Origin: Candidatus Fraserbacteria bacterium
Lineage (GTDB): Bacteria > Bipolaricaulota > Bipolaricaulia > RBG-16-55-9
Length of the DNA stretch: 22,386 bases
Direction: 5' to 3'
Assembly: GCA_037442925.1 (NCBI GenBank)
Contig: JBBIPG010000036.1
Coordinates: 1 to 22,386, forward strand
Below the pieces are notes generated by a model. The model had not been told where the DNA came from. It saw nothing but the letters and a program-made list of their open reading frames with translations, and ran no database searches. The position numbers and the translations under genes were made by a program. Below are positions 7,530-16,268 of this stretch, piece after piece (position 1 is the stretch's first letter; every line of letters begins with the position of its first letter).

Positions 7530-9974
7530 ATGGATAACAAGGTGCTCATCTTGATTGGTGTATTGCTCATCGGAGCTATACTCCTCTTCGTCGCACAGCC
7601 ACGCAGCGAAAGGCCTGCCAATGTAGAACCCCAGAAGGGGACGATCGCTGTCGAGCCATCAAGGACGGAGGAGTATCCGAAGACACCCATTCTGGCAGTC
7701 GTGGATTACACATCGCATACGGGCAAGCCCGGCGAGGCCGATGGGCTTGCCATTGTGGATCTCAACCCGCACTCGACCACGTTTGGTAAGGTTTTCCAGC
7801 AAGTTTCGATGGGTGAAGGTGTTAGCCCTCACCATCTCTACTACAATCGCGACGGATCGAAGCTCTATACCACGGCGCTGGGAGGAGCGCGCCTCTACCG
7901 AATTGACATGATGGGGGACCGCATCCAGCAGGTCGTGCCCATCGATACCGGCCCGTGTCAGATCGGCGAAGACCTCTACTTCACCGCAGATGGCTCCAAA
8001 TACTATCTCACCTGCATGGGTTCACACGTGGTCGTGATCTTTGATGCGTACACCGACAAGATGGTCGGGCAGATTCAAGCCCCGGCTCCCAATAAGCCCT
8101 ATGTCAAGTACCCACACGGGATCGCAGTGGATGAGTCGATTGACCGCATGATCGTGACGGAGACGGTCTCCCCTGCTCTCAATGATCCGGGCACAAGCGT
8201 CACGGTCATTGAACTCAGCACAGGCAAAGTCCTCTCCACACACCCCATCACGAAGGACGGCCAGGGCGGGACGGCACCCGTGGAGGTCATGTTCTTGCCG
8301 GGGCAGCCGATAGCATATGTCACGGCCATGTTCGAAGGCACACTCTGGGCCGGGATGTGGGATGCGTACACCAAAGACTTTCGCTTCAAGATGGTGGACG
8401 ATCTGACGGCACGGGGTCAGGGTGTGCCCCTTGAGATGTACGTGGAGCCCGATGGGTATTTCTACGTGAGTTTCGGCCAGCCTGGGGGTGTTAATGTCTA
8501 TGACATCTCCAACCCGTTGGCTCCTAAGTTCGTGAAGACTCTGCCCGCCGACGCCGGAGCCCATCATATTGCCTTCACCAACGATGGGGAATACATGTTT
8601 GTCCAAAATAATCTTCTCAATCTGGAGGAGATGAACGCGGGGACAATCTCTGTGGTCAATCGGGAGTCGGGCAAGTTAGTGGCAACCATGGACAACCTCG
8701 TCAAGCAGGGCTTGCAGCCTGCGTCGCTGGTGCTCCTGGGGCAGCCGGATCACCACGGCGCCATGATGCCGACGACGCCCACTCCGGCACAGGGGTTCGC
8801 ATTGCACATCGACGCGAAGAAGCACATCAACGAGCTGCCGGAGTACGTCGTCCATCACTACTGCAAGAACATCGATTCCCAAGTCATCCAGTGTATGCTG
8901 TTCGATAGCGATGCGCCCAACGCGCATGTGATTGGGGTTGAGACGATCATCAGCCCTGAGATCTACACCCAACTGCCTGAAGCAGAGAAGTCCAGCTGGC
9001 ACTACCACAAGGACGAGATCCCACTGGTGGATGCCAAGCTTCCAGGGTTGAGCGACGAGGAGATCGAGAAGGTGGTAGCGGCTGTGGAGAACACCTACGG
9101 CAGAGTGGTTATCTTCTGGGTTCCAGGGACACCGGCACCGATGGGCATGCCGTCGGTGGTAAATCCGCAGAGTGGACATCCAACCGAGACCACAGTAAGC
9201 ATTCCACCCGAGATCCCTGCCATCACGATCAAGGCGAAAGACTACGCATTCGAGGTTCCGGATGAGATGAATGCCGGTCCGGTATCGATCACGCTTGAGA
9301 ATGACGGTGCAGAGCCCCATCATGTGCAGCTGGCACGGCTTAAGGATCGTGCGACGATGGAGGATGTGCAGGATGCCCTGCGCCAAGGGCCGGAGTCTGC
9401 ACTTTTTGAGCTACTGGAATGGGTAGGAGGTGCAAGTATAGTTGCGCCCGGAGGGCGCCAACAAGTCTTGCTGGATCTCAGCGAAGGGCAGTACGTGTTG
9501 CTCTGTTTCGTCGCGAGCCCGGACGGGGTGCCCCATCTGGCCAAGGGGATGGTCAAGGCCCTAGAAGTCGTGGCTCATCCCTACCGGCGCATATCGGTGG
9601 ATCTGAATCCCCACATTCCCGTCACGCTCATGGACTTCGCTTTCAAGATGCCCCAGGAAGTCAAGGCCGGAGTACAAGTCTGGAAGATCACCAACGAAGG
9701 GGTTCAACCTCACGAGATGACGCTCATCAAGCTGGCACCGGACAAGACGGTGCAGGACGCCATGAATTTCATGCAATCGGAGTCTCCACAAGAACCCATG
9801 CCTTTCGAGTTCGTCGGAGGCATGCAAGCCCTGGACACGGGTAAGACAGGCTGGGTCGTGCTCAACCTGACAGCCGGCACCTACATGGCTCTTTGCTTCG
9901 TCCCAGATCCGGAGTCAGGAAAAGCGCACACTGAACTGGGCATGATCCAGGCGTTCACGGTTTCAAGCAAGTGA
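7530..9974 (+). CDS. Exported multidomain protein: SBP56/YncE-like beta-propeller + DUF1264-like domain + two cupredoxin-like domains
   Basis: N-terminal TM; DGLAIVDLNPHSTTFGKV and PHHLYYN; HHYC...QCMLFDSD...IGVETIIS...WHYH; two H...C...H-x4-M type-1 Cu patterns. Confidence 0.8.
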   Translation: MDNKVLILIGVLLIGAILLFVAQPRSERPANVEPQKGTIAVEPSRTEEYPKTPILAVVDYTSHTGKPGEADGLAIVDLNPHSTTFGKVFQQVSMGEGVSPHHLYYNRDGSKLYTTALGGARLYRIDMMGDRIQQVVPIDTGPCQIGEDLYFTADGSKYYLTCMGSHVVVIFDAYTDKMVGQIQAPAPNKPYVKYPHGIAVDESIDRMIVTETVSPALNDPGTSVTVIELSTGKVLSTHPITKDGQGGTAPVEVMFLPGQPIAYVTAMFEGTLWAGMWDAYTKDFRFKMVDDLTARGQGVPLEMYVEPDGYFYVSFGQPGGVNVYDISNPLAPKFVKTLPADAGAHHIAFTNDGEYMFVQNNLLNLEEMNAGTISVVNRESGKLVATMDNLVKQGLQPASLVLLGQPDHHGAMMPTTPTPAQGFALHIDAKKHINELPEYVVHHYCKNIDSQVIQCMLFDSDAPNAHVIGVETIISPEIYTQLPEAEKSSWHYHKDEIPLVDAKLPGLSDEEIEKVVAAVENTYGRVVIFWVPGTPAPMGMPSVVNPQSGHPTETTVSIPPEIPAITIKAKDYAFEVPDEMNAGPVSITLENDGAEPHHVQLARLKDRATMEDVQDALRQGPESALFELLEWVGGASIVAPGGRQQVLLDLSEGQYVLLCFVASPDGVPHLAKGMVKALEVVAHPYRRISVDLNPHIPVTLMDFAFKMPQEVKAGVQVWKITNEGVQPHEMTLIKLAPDKTVQDAMNFMQSESPQEPMPFEFVGGMQALDTGKTGWVVLNLTAGTYMALCFVPDPESGKAHTELGMIQAFTVSSK

Positions 9975-9996
9975 TCATCAGACGGACACTTGAAGC

Positions 9997-11622
9997 TCAG
10001 CCCATGTAGGGTCTGCGCCAGTCGCGAGCGGGAACGAGCGTCTCTTTCATGGTTCGTGGGCTGAGCCATCGTAGCAGATTCACCCACGAACCGGCTTTGT
10101 CGTTGGTGCCAGAGCGACGCGCACCTCCGAAGGGCTGCCGCCCCACGATGGCTCCCGTCGGCTTGTCGTTGATGTAAAAGTTGCCTGCGGCAAAGCGCAA
10201 CGCATTTTCAGCCTGCACAATGGCTTGTCTGTCTTGGGCGAAGATTGATCCCGTGAGTGCATACGGTGTGGAAGCATCACACAACTTGAGCACTTCGTCG
10301 TATGCCTCGTCCGGGTAGACATAAATCGTGAGCACGGGGCCGAAGATCTCCTCGGTCATAAGCTTGCCCTTGGGATCTTTGGTAAGCACTACGGTCGGTG
10401 TGACGAACCAGCCTTTCGAGTCATCGTACTCGCCGCCGTGCAGAATCGAGTATTCTTTGGGGTTCTTCTTCGCATACTCAATGTATGAGGCGATCTTCCG
10501 GTATGCCTCTTCTGTGATAACAGCACCCACGAAGACGCTTAAGTCTTCTATGGGGCCGACTTTGAGCTTGGCCAGTTCACTCTGCAAGCCCACTTTGATC
10601 TCTTCCCATAGGCTCTTCGGCACGTACATGCGCGAAGCGGCGGAGCACTTTTGGCCTTGATACTCAAACGCTCCTCGAATCGCGTTGGCGACAACCGTCT
10701 CAACATCCGCTGAGGCATGGACGAGTATGAAATCTTTGCCTCCGGTCTCGCCCACAATGCGCGGGAAGTTCTTATAGTTTGGAAGATTCATGCCAATGGT
10801 CTGCCACAGGCTCACGAGGGTCTCGTAGCTGCCGGTGAAGTGAAGCCCCGCGAAATCCGGGTGCTGGAGCACGACATCACTGTGTTGGCTGGAGAAGGGC
10901 ACAAAGTTGATCACGCCATCCGGAAGGCCCGCTTCACGCAGGACCTGCATGATGCGGAAGTTCGCCAGCGCCACAGAGCGCGCGGGTTTCCAAAGGGCCA
11001 CGTTGCCCACCATAGCAGGAGCTGTGGGAAGGTTGCCTCCGATGGAGTAGAAGTTGAAGGGTGGGACGGCCAGCACGAAGCCTTCCAGCGGTCGCCAGTC
11101 CAAGCGATTGATCTCACCGGGTGATTGAGCGGGTTGCTGCTCATACAAGAACTGCATGTAGTAGGCATTAAACCGCCAGAAGTCGATGAGTTCAATCAAG
11201 TCGATCTCGGCCTCAAAGGGTGTCTTGGATTGATTCATCATGATGGCCGCAAGATTCTCTATACGTCGCGGTCCGGCCAAAAGATCGGCTGCTCGGTGGA
11301 AGATGGCAGCTCGTTGATAGCCATCTAGAGAGGCCCACGTTCCCTGAGCTTCGAGTGCAGTATCAATGGCATTCTTGATTTCTTCTTTGCCTGCCATGTG
11401 AGCCCGTGCCAGCACTCTGCGGTGATCGTGAGGACAGCGGACTTCGTAGATGTCGCCCGTCTGCACAGGTCGGCCGTTGATGATGAGGGGGATTTCCTCC
11501 GTCCGTCGTTTGAGGGATTCAATCTCCTTTAGAAGCTGTTCGCGTTCGGGTGTGCCGGGAGCATAGGTGGGAATGCGATCCATTGCGTTTTTGGGTTGTT
11601 CCAGTTTCCATTTGGTCTCCAT
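9997..11622 (-). CDS. pruA: L-glutamate gamma-semialdehyde (P5C) dehydrogenase
   Basis: YAPGTPER, RPLEGFV, PFNF, FTGS, GETGGKDF, FEYQGQKCSA, EEIFGP and NDKPTGAIVGRQPFGG; start at ATG11622 (alternatively 11628). Confidence 0.95.
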   Translation of the reverse strand: METKWKLEQPKNAMDRIPTYAPGTPEREQLLKEIESLKRRTEEIPLIINGRPVQTGDIYEVRCPHDHRRVLARAHMAGKEEIKNAIDTALEAQGTWASLDGYQRAAIFHRAADLLAGPRRIENLAAIMMNQSKTPFEAEIDLIELIDFWRFNAYYMQFLYEQQPAQSPGEINRLDWRPLEGFVLAVPPFNFYSIGGNLPTAPAMVGNVALWKPARSVALANFRIMQVLREAGLPDGVINFVPFSSQHSDVVLQHPDFAGLHFTGSYETLVSLWQTIGMNLPNYKNFPRIVGETGGKDFILVHASADVETVVANAIRGAFEYQGQKCSAASRMYVPKSLWEEIKVGLQSELAKLKVGPIEDLSVFVGAVITEEAYRKIASYIEYAKKNPKEYSILHGGEYDDSKGWFVTPTVVLTKDPKGKLMTEEIFGPVLTIYVYPDEAYDEVLKLCDASTPYALTGSIFAQDRQAIVQAENALRFAAGNFYINDKPTGAIVGRQPFGGARRSGTNDKAGSWVNLLRWLSPRTMKETLVPARDWRRPYMG

Positions 11623-11685
11623 GTTCATCTCACCGGATCCAAAGTAACAGATCGCTATTCTAAAGGCAATAAGAACTCCTGTTCG

Positions 11686-11714
11686 TTGATAGGGTATGGG
11701 TAAGAGGGTAAAAT
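11686..11714 (+). promoter_or_regulatory. Sigma70-type promoter for the riboswitch-regulator transcript
   Basis: TTGATA (11686-11691), 17-nt spacer, TAAAAT (11709-11714). The predicted +1 near 11721 is just upstream of the aptamer. Confidence 0.7.
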
Positions 11715-11728
11715 AATGCTTGATAGCA

Positions 11729-11822
11729 ATATCCGATAAAGGCAAACCCGCTGAAAGGCGGGGACGCAAAGGCGCGGGCCTTGTGAAAGGGGCTAAACAT
11801 GGCCGCCGGGCTGCCGAAGATG
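11729..11822 (+). ncRNA. c-di-GMP-I (GEMM) riboswitch
   Basis: AAAGGCAAAC, stem CCCGCT-GAAA-GGCGGG, GACGCAAAG, then ...GCCGGGCTGCCGA, matching the GEMM-I consensus. G at the position equivalent to G20 favours c-di-GMP over c-AMP-GMP. Confidence 0.85.
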
Positions 11823-12542
11823 CAGCAAGTGTCCTGCACTGCCTGTGACTGCAGTTGCGTACTCACTCAAATTCCCCATAAGGAGCGAGTCCAGATCGCT
11901 TACCTGGTCGTCCACAAACTCTATACAAAGCGAGGAGTGATCTTTGAACAGGGAGCTGAGATCGACGGTTGTTATCTTCTCTGCCACGGCAAGGTCATAC
12001 TGGTGCGCTCCACGCGTGATGGTCGGAAGCAGATTCTAAGATTTCTTGGTGATGGTGATCTATTTGGGGAGTCAGGGTTTTCCGGTAAGCAAGTTTCCAG
12101 CGTGGAGGCCCAGGCTGTAACAGATTCGATGATCGCTCAGCTAAGAGCGGGAGACTATCAGTATCTGATGAAGCGATATCCTCCGATAGCATTCGACATT
12201 CAGAGGAGACTGAGCCAGGAAATCGACGAACTACGAATTCGTCTAACAGAGCGGTCATATCGAGGAGCGCGCGAGAGGCTGGTCAGACTACTGCTGTATT
12301 TGGCAGAGAAGTATGGATGCAAGACTGGTAGGCAAGCTCGTATCAAGCTAGAACTCACAGAGTCCGAGCTTGCCGAGATGTTGGGCAACTCTCGGGAGTG
12401 GATTTGCAAACAGATGAAGAAGTTGCAGAGGCAAGGATGGATCGCTTATCGACGGCGCAAGCTCGTGATTCTAGATGAGGCGGGCCTGCGGCAGTTTGTT
12501 ACCCCCCCCTGCATAAGCACTGTGCTACCCTCTCGCTCTTGA
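11799..12542 (+). CDS. Crp/Fnr-family transcriptional regulator with N-terminal Cys cluster (start 11799 or 11820)
   Basis: IFEQG, GDLFGE, RERLVRLLL-LA and the HTH LTESELAEMLGNSREWI; CTACDCSC at the N-terminus. Confidence 0.92.
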   Translation: MAAGLPKMQQVSCTACDCSCVLTQIPHKERVQIAYLVVHKLYTKRGVIFEQGAEIDGCYLLCHGKVILVRSTRDGRKQILRFLGDGDLFGESGFSGKQVSSVEAQAVTDSMIAQLRAGDYQYLMKRYPPIAFDIQRRLSQEIDELRIRLTERSYRGARERLVRLLLYLAEKYGCKTGRQARIKLELTESELAEMLGNSREWICKQMKKLQRQGWIAYRRRKLVILDEAGLRQFVTPPCISTVLPSRS

Positions 12543-12558
12543 ACAACCAACCAGGATC

Positions 12559-12601
12559 TGTGAACTAGTTCATAGGCGCGGGCAGGGTTCAATTATACAA
12601 T
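12559..12601 (+). promoter_or_regulatory. CRP-type box plus -10 element (class II promoter)
   Basis: TGTGA-ACTAGT-TCATA (12559-12574) and TACAAT (12596-12601). The box centre is at -41.5 if +1 is 12608. Confidence 0.8.
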
Positions 12602-12626
12602 CAACGGAGAAAGGGGGTGAAGAAGC

Positions 12627-12710
12627 ATGTACGAAAGGCCTAGAATCATGGAAATAAATGAACTGGCTCGTGGTTGTGGGACTGGAGGTTGTTGCGGAGG
12701 GAAAGGGTAA
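12627..12710 (+). CDS. RiPP precursor peptide, 27 aa: MYERPRIMEINELARGCGTGGCCGGKG
   Basis: GGGGGTGA RBS; YxxPxI leader motif; Cys/Gly-rich C-terminal core; lies directly upstream of PqqD and radical SAM genes. Confidence 0.88.
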   Translation: MYERPRIMEINELARGCGTGGCCGGKG

Positions 12711-12715
12711 GGATC

Positions 12716-12745
12716 TGAGGGAGGAATTACTTCCATCCTCCCTCA
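12716..12745 (+). terminator. Stem-loop after the precursor gene (attenuator or stabiliser)
   Basis: TGAGGGAGGA / TCCTCCCTCA perfect 10-bp stem, 10-nt loop, no U-tract. Confidence 0.65.
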
Positions 12746-12781
12746 TCTGTGCAACAACCTCAATAGGAGAAGGAGCTGCAT

Positions 12782-13072
12782 ATGAGGCAGGTTGAGTTTG
12801 AATTGCAGCTCAAACCTAAGTTGAAGTCTAGCTGCAAATTAGTTGAAGAGGAATCTTACGGCTATGTCTACGACTATGACAATGAAAGTGTGTATGCCTT
12901 AAATAAAACTGGTCTGCAGATTGCAAAACTGTGCGATGGCAGTTTAAGCATCGAGAGCATTATTCGCATACTATGCGATAAATATCCCTCTATAGACCCG
13001 GAAGAGATCGCGAAAGATGTTATGTCGTTCATTGCAGATACAGTAACTGGGCGCAACGTGATGACTATATGA
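12782..13072 (+). CDS. PqqD-family RiPP recognition element (RRE)
   Basis: VYALNKTGLQIAKLCDGSLSIESIIRILCDKY...DVMSFI pattern; AAGGAG RBS; ATGA overlap with the next gene. Confidence 0.92.
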   Translation: MRQVEFELQLKPKLKSSCKLVEEESYGYVYDYDNESVYALNKTGLQIAKLCDGSLSIESIIRILCDKYPSIDPEEIAKDVMSFIADTVTGRNVMTI

Positions 13073-13314
13073 ATTCTCCTCCATTGGTAGCCTTATATCT
13101 GTACATAACCTGGCGATGTAACATGGCCTGTAAGCATTGTTGGGTGGTTGCAGGACCACCTCCTAGCGCTGAGAACGAGGTCACATTCGAAGACCTACAG
13201 AAGGCTATCCAAGATGCCAAGGAGTTAGGGTTAAAATGGATCAAAATCACAGGAGGCGAACCATATGTGAGGAGAAGATTGCTTCGTGCGTTATTAGGCC
13301 TAGGAACTGAATTA

Positions 13315-14170
13315 GAACTCATTTCAAAACCCTCCGCAGGGTGAGGAGGGCGCATGCCAGATGGAAGAAGCCGGCATAGGTCGTGATCAGCCGCTCATAG
13401 CGCACCACCAGCCGCCGAAAGTGCCCCAGCCAGGCAAAGGTGCGCTCCACAATCCATCGCCGCCGGTACCGCCGCAGCTTGCGCCCATCCTGGTCCGTAG
13501 CGCGGCGGTGGTTCCTGCGCGCGGGGATGATCGGCTCCGTCCCCCGCTGCTTGAGCCGCTGCCGCAACGGATTGCTGTCGTAGGCCCGATCGGCCACCAG
13601 TCGCTCCGGCCGCTTGCGGGGCCGACCCGGCTGGCCCGTCCTCCTCACCGCGACCGTGTCGAGCGTCTCCTCCAAGAGCGTGACCTCCGCCGGGGATGCC
13701 GAGTCCAAGTATGCTCCCAGCGGAGTACCCGCGCCATCGACCAGAACCATCCACTTCGTGCCCTTGCCCCGCTTGGTCTTGCCCACTTTCGACCCCCCTT
13801 TTTCGCCGGGGCGAAGCTGCCATCGGCGAAGCACTCATCCCAGCGGATCTTCTCTTGGTCGTTGAGTTGGGCCAGGAAAGCCCGCCAGAGCTCCAGCAGG
13901 ACGCCGTTCTCGGCCCACTCCCGCAGGCGGCGCCAGCAGGTGCTGGGGCTGGCATACCGCCGGGGCAATTCGCTCCAGTGGGCTCCGGTCCACAGGATCC
14001 AGAGAATGCCTTCCAAGCACCGGCGGTCATCGGCTCGGGGTCGGCCGCCCTTGGGCTTGGGTCGGGGCGGCGGTAGATGCACGCGAATCCTCTCCCACTG
14101 TTCATCGGTTAGGTTTCTCCAGGCCATGCCTCCAGTCTACTCACGCCTGGTGAGGTTTTGAAATCAGTTC
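13315..14170 (-). mobile_element. IS5-family element (IS427-like), 856 bp, TA target duplication
   Basis: Inverted repeats GAACTCATTTCAAAACC / GGTTTTGAAATCAGTTC (1 mismatch); TA at 13313-13314 and 14171-14172; much higher GC than the host gene. Confidence 0.93.
13319..14127 (-). CDS. IS5 transposase in two ORFs joined by a -1 frameshift
   Basis: OrfA: LTDEQWERI, W-ELPRRY, DGSF. OrfB: GKTKRGKGTK, ADRAYDS, RWIVERTFAWL. A5G6 slippery run at 13793-13803. Confidence 0.9.
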
Positions 14171-15053
14171 TAGGGATGAACTTAACTCTTGAAACCAATG
14201 GTTCCTTTCTCACCGAAGAAGAGGCAAGATTCCTCAGTGCTCAAAACATCAGAGAGGTAGGTATTAGCCTCGATTTCCCTGACGAAGCCAGGTATGAAGA
14301 GTTTCGCGGTCTGAAAAACTCCTTTGGTCGAGTTGTACGAGGCATGGAGTTATTGACCAAATACGGGGTACCTTGGGAAGCTATAATGACTGTGACGAAG
14401 ATAAATCGACATCAAATACCCGCAGTAGCTAAGTTGACCCTCGGTTTGGGCGGGAGAAATCTTAAGATTAACATTTGCATTCCTATGGGAAGAGCGAAGG
14501 AACTTGAAGAACAAGGAGAACTGCTTACACCATACGAATGTATTGAATTGGCTGAAGCTATTGCGGAGCTAGAGAAATCGTATCCGGAAAAGATAGCAAT
14601 GTCTATACCTTGGGCTCTCCCTGCATCCTTTGAAAACAAACCCTTTAGGATAGCACGTTCAGTTTGCCAGTACAAGAATTTACTCAGCATACTCCCATAT
14701 GGGGAAATCAGCTTATGCGGTTTAGGTAGGACCCATCCAGAGGTGGTTTTCGGCAACGTTCGCAAAGATGGTATCAAAGATTTGTGGATGAAGGGAATGG
14801 GATGTCTCAAAGCGTTGCGCAAACTAACTCCAAGCCACTTCAGAGGCGTATGTAACAAGTGTATGTTTAGAAAGTACTGTGCAAACTTGTGTCCGGCATT
14901 GGTATATGAAGCCTATGGAACATTTGAGGCATCTTACCCCCTATGTGAAGATCTTTATAGATGTGGCCTTTTCCCGACGAAGTATCTTGTGAGAGAGTGA
15001 GTGTAGGCAGTAGATTGTTGTGAATATGTCACAATTTGCTCTCGTTCCGAACC

Positions 15054-16268
15054 ATGATAAACAGAGCAAGAAGATTTCTGGAAGTGCTGCAATTATCATT
15101 ATCTGTACCCCGTAATTTCTTCTTGCTAGTGCCCACGTCTCTACTCATTGGGTTTGTCCTCGGGTACTTCATGTGGGCTCTTCCCCTCTTATTAATGAGA
15201 GCCAGTGGGGTCAATGTGCTCGGGGTCGTTTTCTCCCTCTCCTTCCTCTTGAACGCCCTCCTTTCGTTTTCTACGGGATTCGCCGCAGATGTTATGGGAA
15301 GGAAGGCCATTCTTGTCTTTGCCACAACTCTTTTTGCCCTCGGTGCCTTAATCATTTTCATGGCTCCGTACTGGCTTCTCCCGGTGGGGATCATCATAGT
15401 ATTTGCTTCATCCAGCTTGCACGGTCCTGCATTGGATGCCCTGCTAGCTGAATCCATGCAGGAAGAGGCAAGGGGCAAAGCCTTCGGAATCCTGCAGTTC
15501 AGCACGCTGATCGGACTCGCTCTCGGGTCCACCGTTCTAGGCATTGTCACACAATCGGCGGGGCTCAATCTTGCCTTGGGGATCACGGTCTTCCTAGCGC
15601 TCCTAGCTATACCTCTCCGAATGATGCTCATTGAGACCAAGACGCACAAAAGCAACGTGAGTGTGGCTTCAGCTTCCCCGGCGCTTCTCAGGAATGCTGT
15701 GTTGTTATTCTCCAACAAGGCACTCCTTCCCTTCAGTCTCATCCTGATTGGAGGCAGCTTAGTTAGCTGGATCATGCAGTTTATGCCAGGCTATCTATCC
15801 GAGGTGTTAGGATTAGGCGAGAGTGTAATAGGACTAGCGTACTCCCTGACTATGATAAGCCAGGCTATAGGCCAGCCTGTAGCGGGCTGGTTCTCTGACC
15901 GGTATGGTGCTAAAAGAGCACTCATAGTCAATAAAGTAGGATCTGCCATCTCTCTCATATTATTTGTTCTTCTTTCAACTGTAAATCCTATTCTAGCCCT
16001 GGCGTTCCCTTTCGTAGTTGGTGCTTGGCTCAGTGCCTTTAACAATGTGGGATGGTCTTTGTATATTGCCCAAAACACAGATGAGGACCACCGCGGCACG
16101 ATCTATGGGAGCGCGAGTGGCTTAGAGGCGATCTCCCAGGCGCCCGCTCCCATATTGGGTGCTCTATTATGGCAGATCGAACCGCGGCTGGTTTTCGTAG
16201 GGACTGCCATAGGATGGTTTGCTCTAATGCCGTTACTGATGCGACTTAGAGATGAGGGACATGCTTGA
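15054..16268 (+). CDS. MFS transporter (probable peptide export or immunity)
   Basis: About 12 TM segments, motif A in both halves (GFAADVMGRK, GWFSDRYGAK). Start uncertain (15036 or 15054). Confidence 0.88.
   Translation: MINRARRFLEVLQLSLSVPRNFFLLVPTSLLIGFVLGYFMWALPLLLMRASGVNVLGVVFSLSFLLNALLSFSTGFAADVMGRKAILVFATTLFALGALIIFMAPYWLLPVGIIIVFASSSLHGPALDALLAESMQEEARGKAFGILQFSTLIGLALGSTVLGIVTQSAGLNLALGITVFLALLAIPLRMMLIETKTHKSNVSVASASPALLRNAVLLFSNKALLPFSLILIGGSLVSWIMQFMPGYLSEVLGLGESVIGLAYSLTMISQAIGQPVAGWFSDRYGAKRALIVNKVGSAISLILFVLLSTVNPILALAFPFVVGAWLSAFNNVGWSLYIAQNTDEDHRGTIYGSASGLEAISQAPAPILGALLWQIEPRLVFVGTAIGWFALMPLLMRLRDEGHA

Larger units (their letters stand above)
13069..15000 (+). pseudogene. 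Radical SAM/SPASM peptide maturase (ScmF-like), interrupted by an IS; join 13069-13314 + 14173-15000 gives 357 aa
   Basis: CNMACKHC, ITGGEP, ETNG and ISLD; SPASM Cys motif CNKC-x5-C-x3-C ending GLFP. Removing the IS restores the frame (GTEL|GMNLTLETNG). Confidence 0.92.

Noticed and set aside
11720..11733. TTGAT half-site as an FNR autoregulatory box
   Set aside because: The second half (ATATC) does not match ATCAA; too weak.
13069..13344. 91-aa and 280-aa (14158-15000) ORFs as separate genes
   Set aside because: They are halves of one radical SAM gene; their inner ends derive from the IS inverted repeats.
15029..15775. 248-aa minus-strand ORF
   Set aside because: Antisense shadow of the MFS gene.
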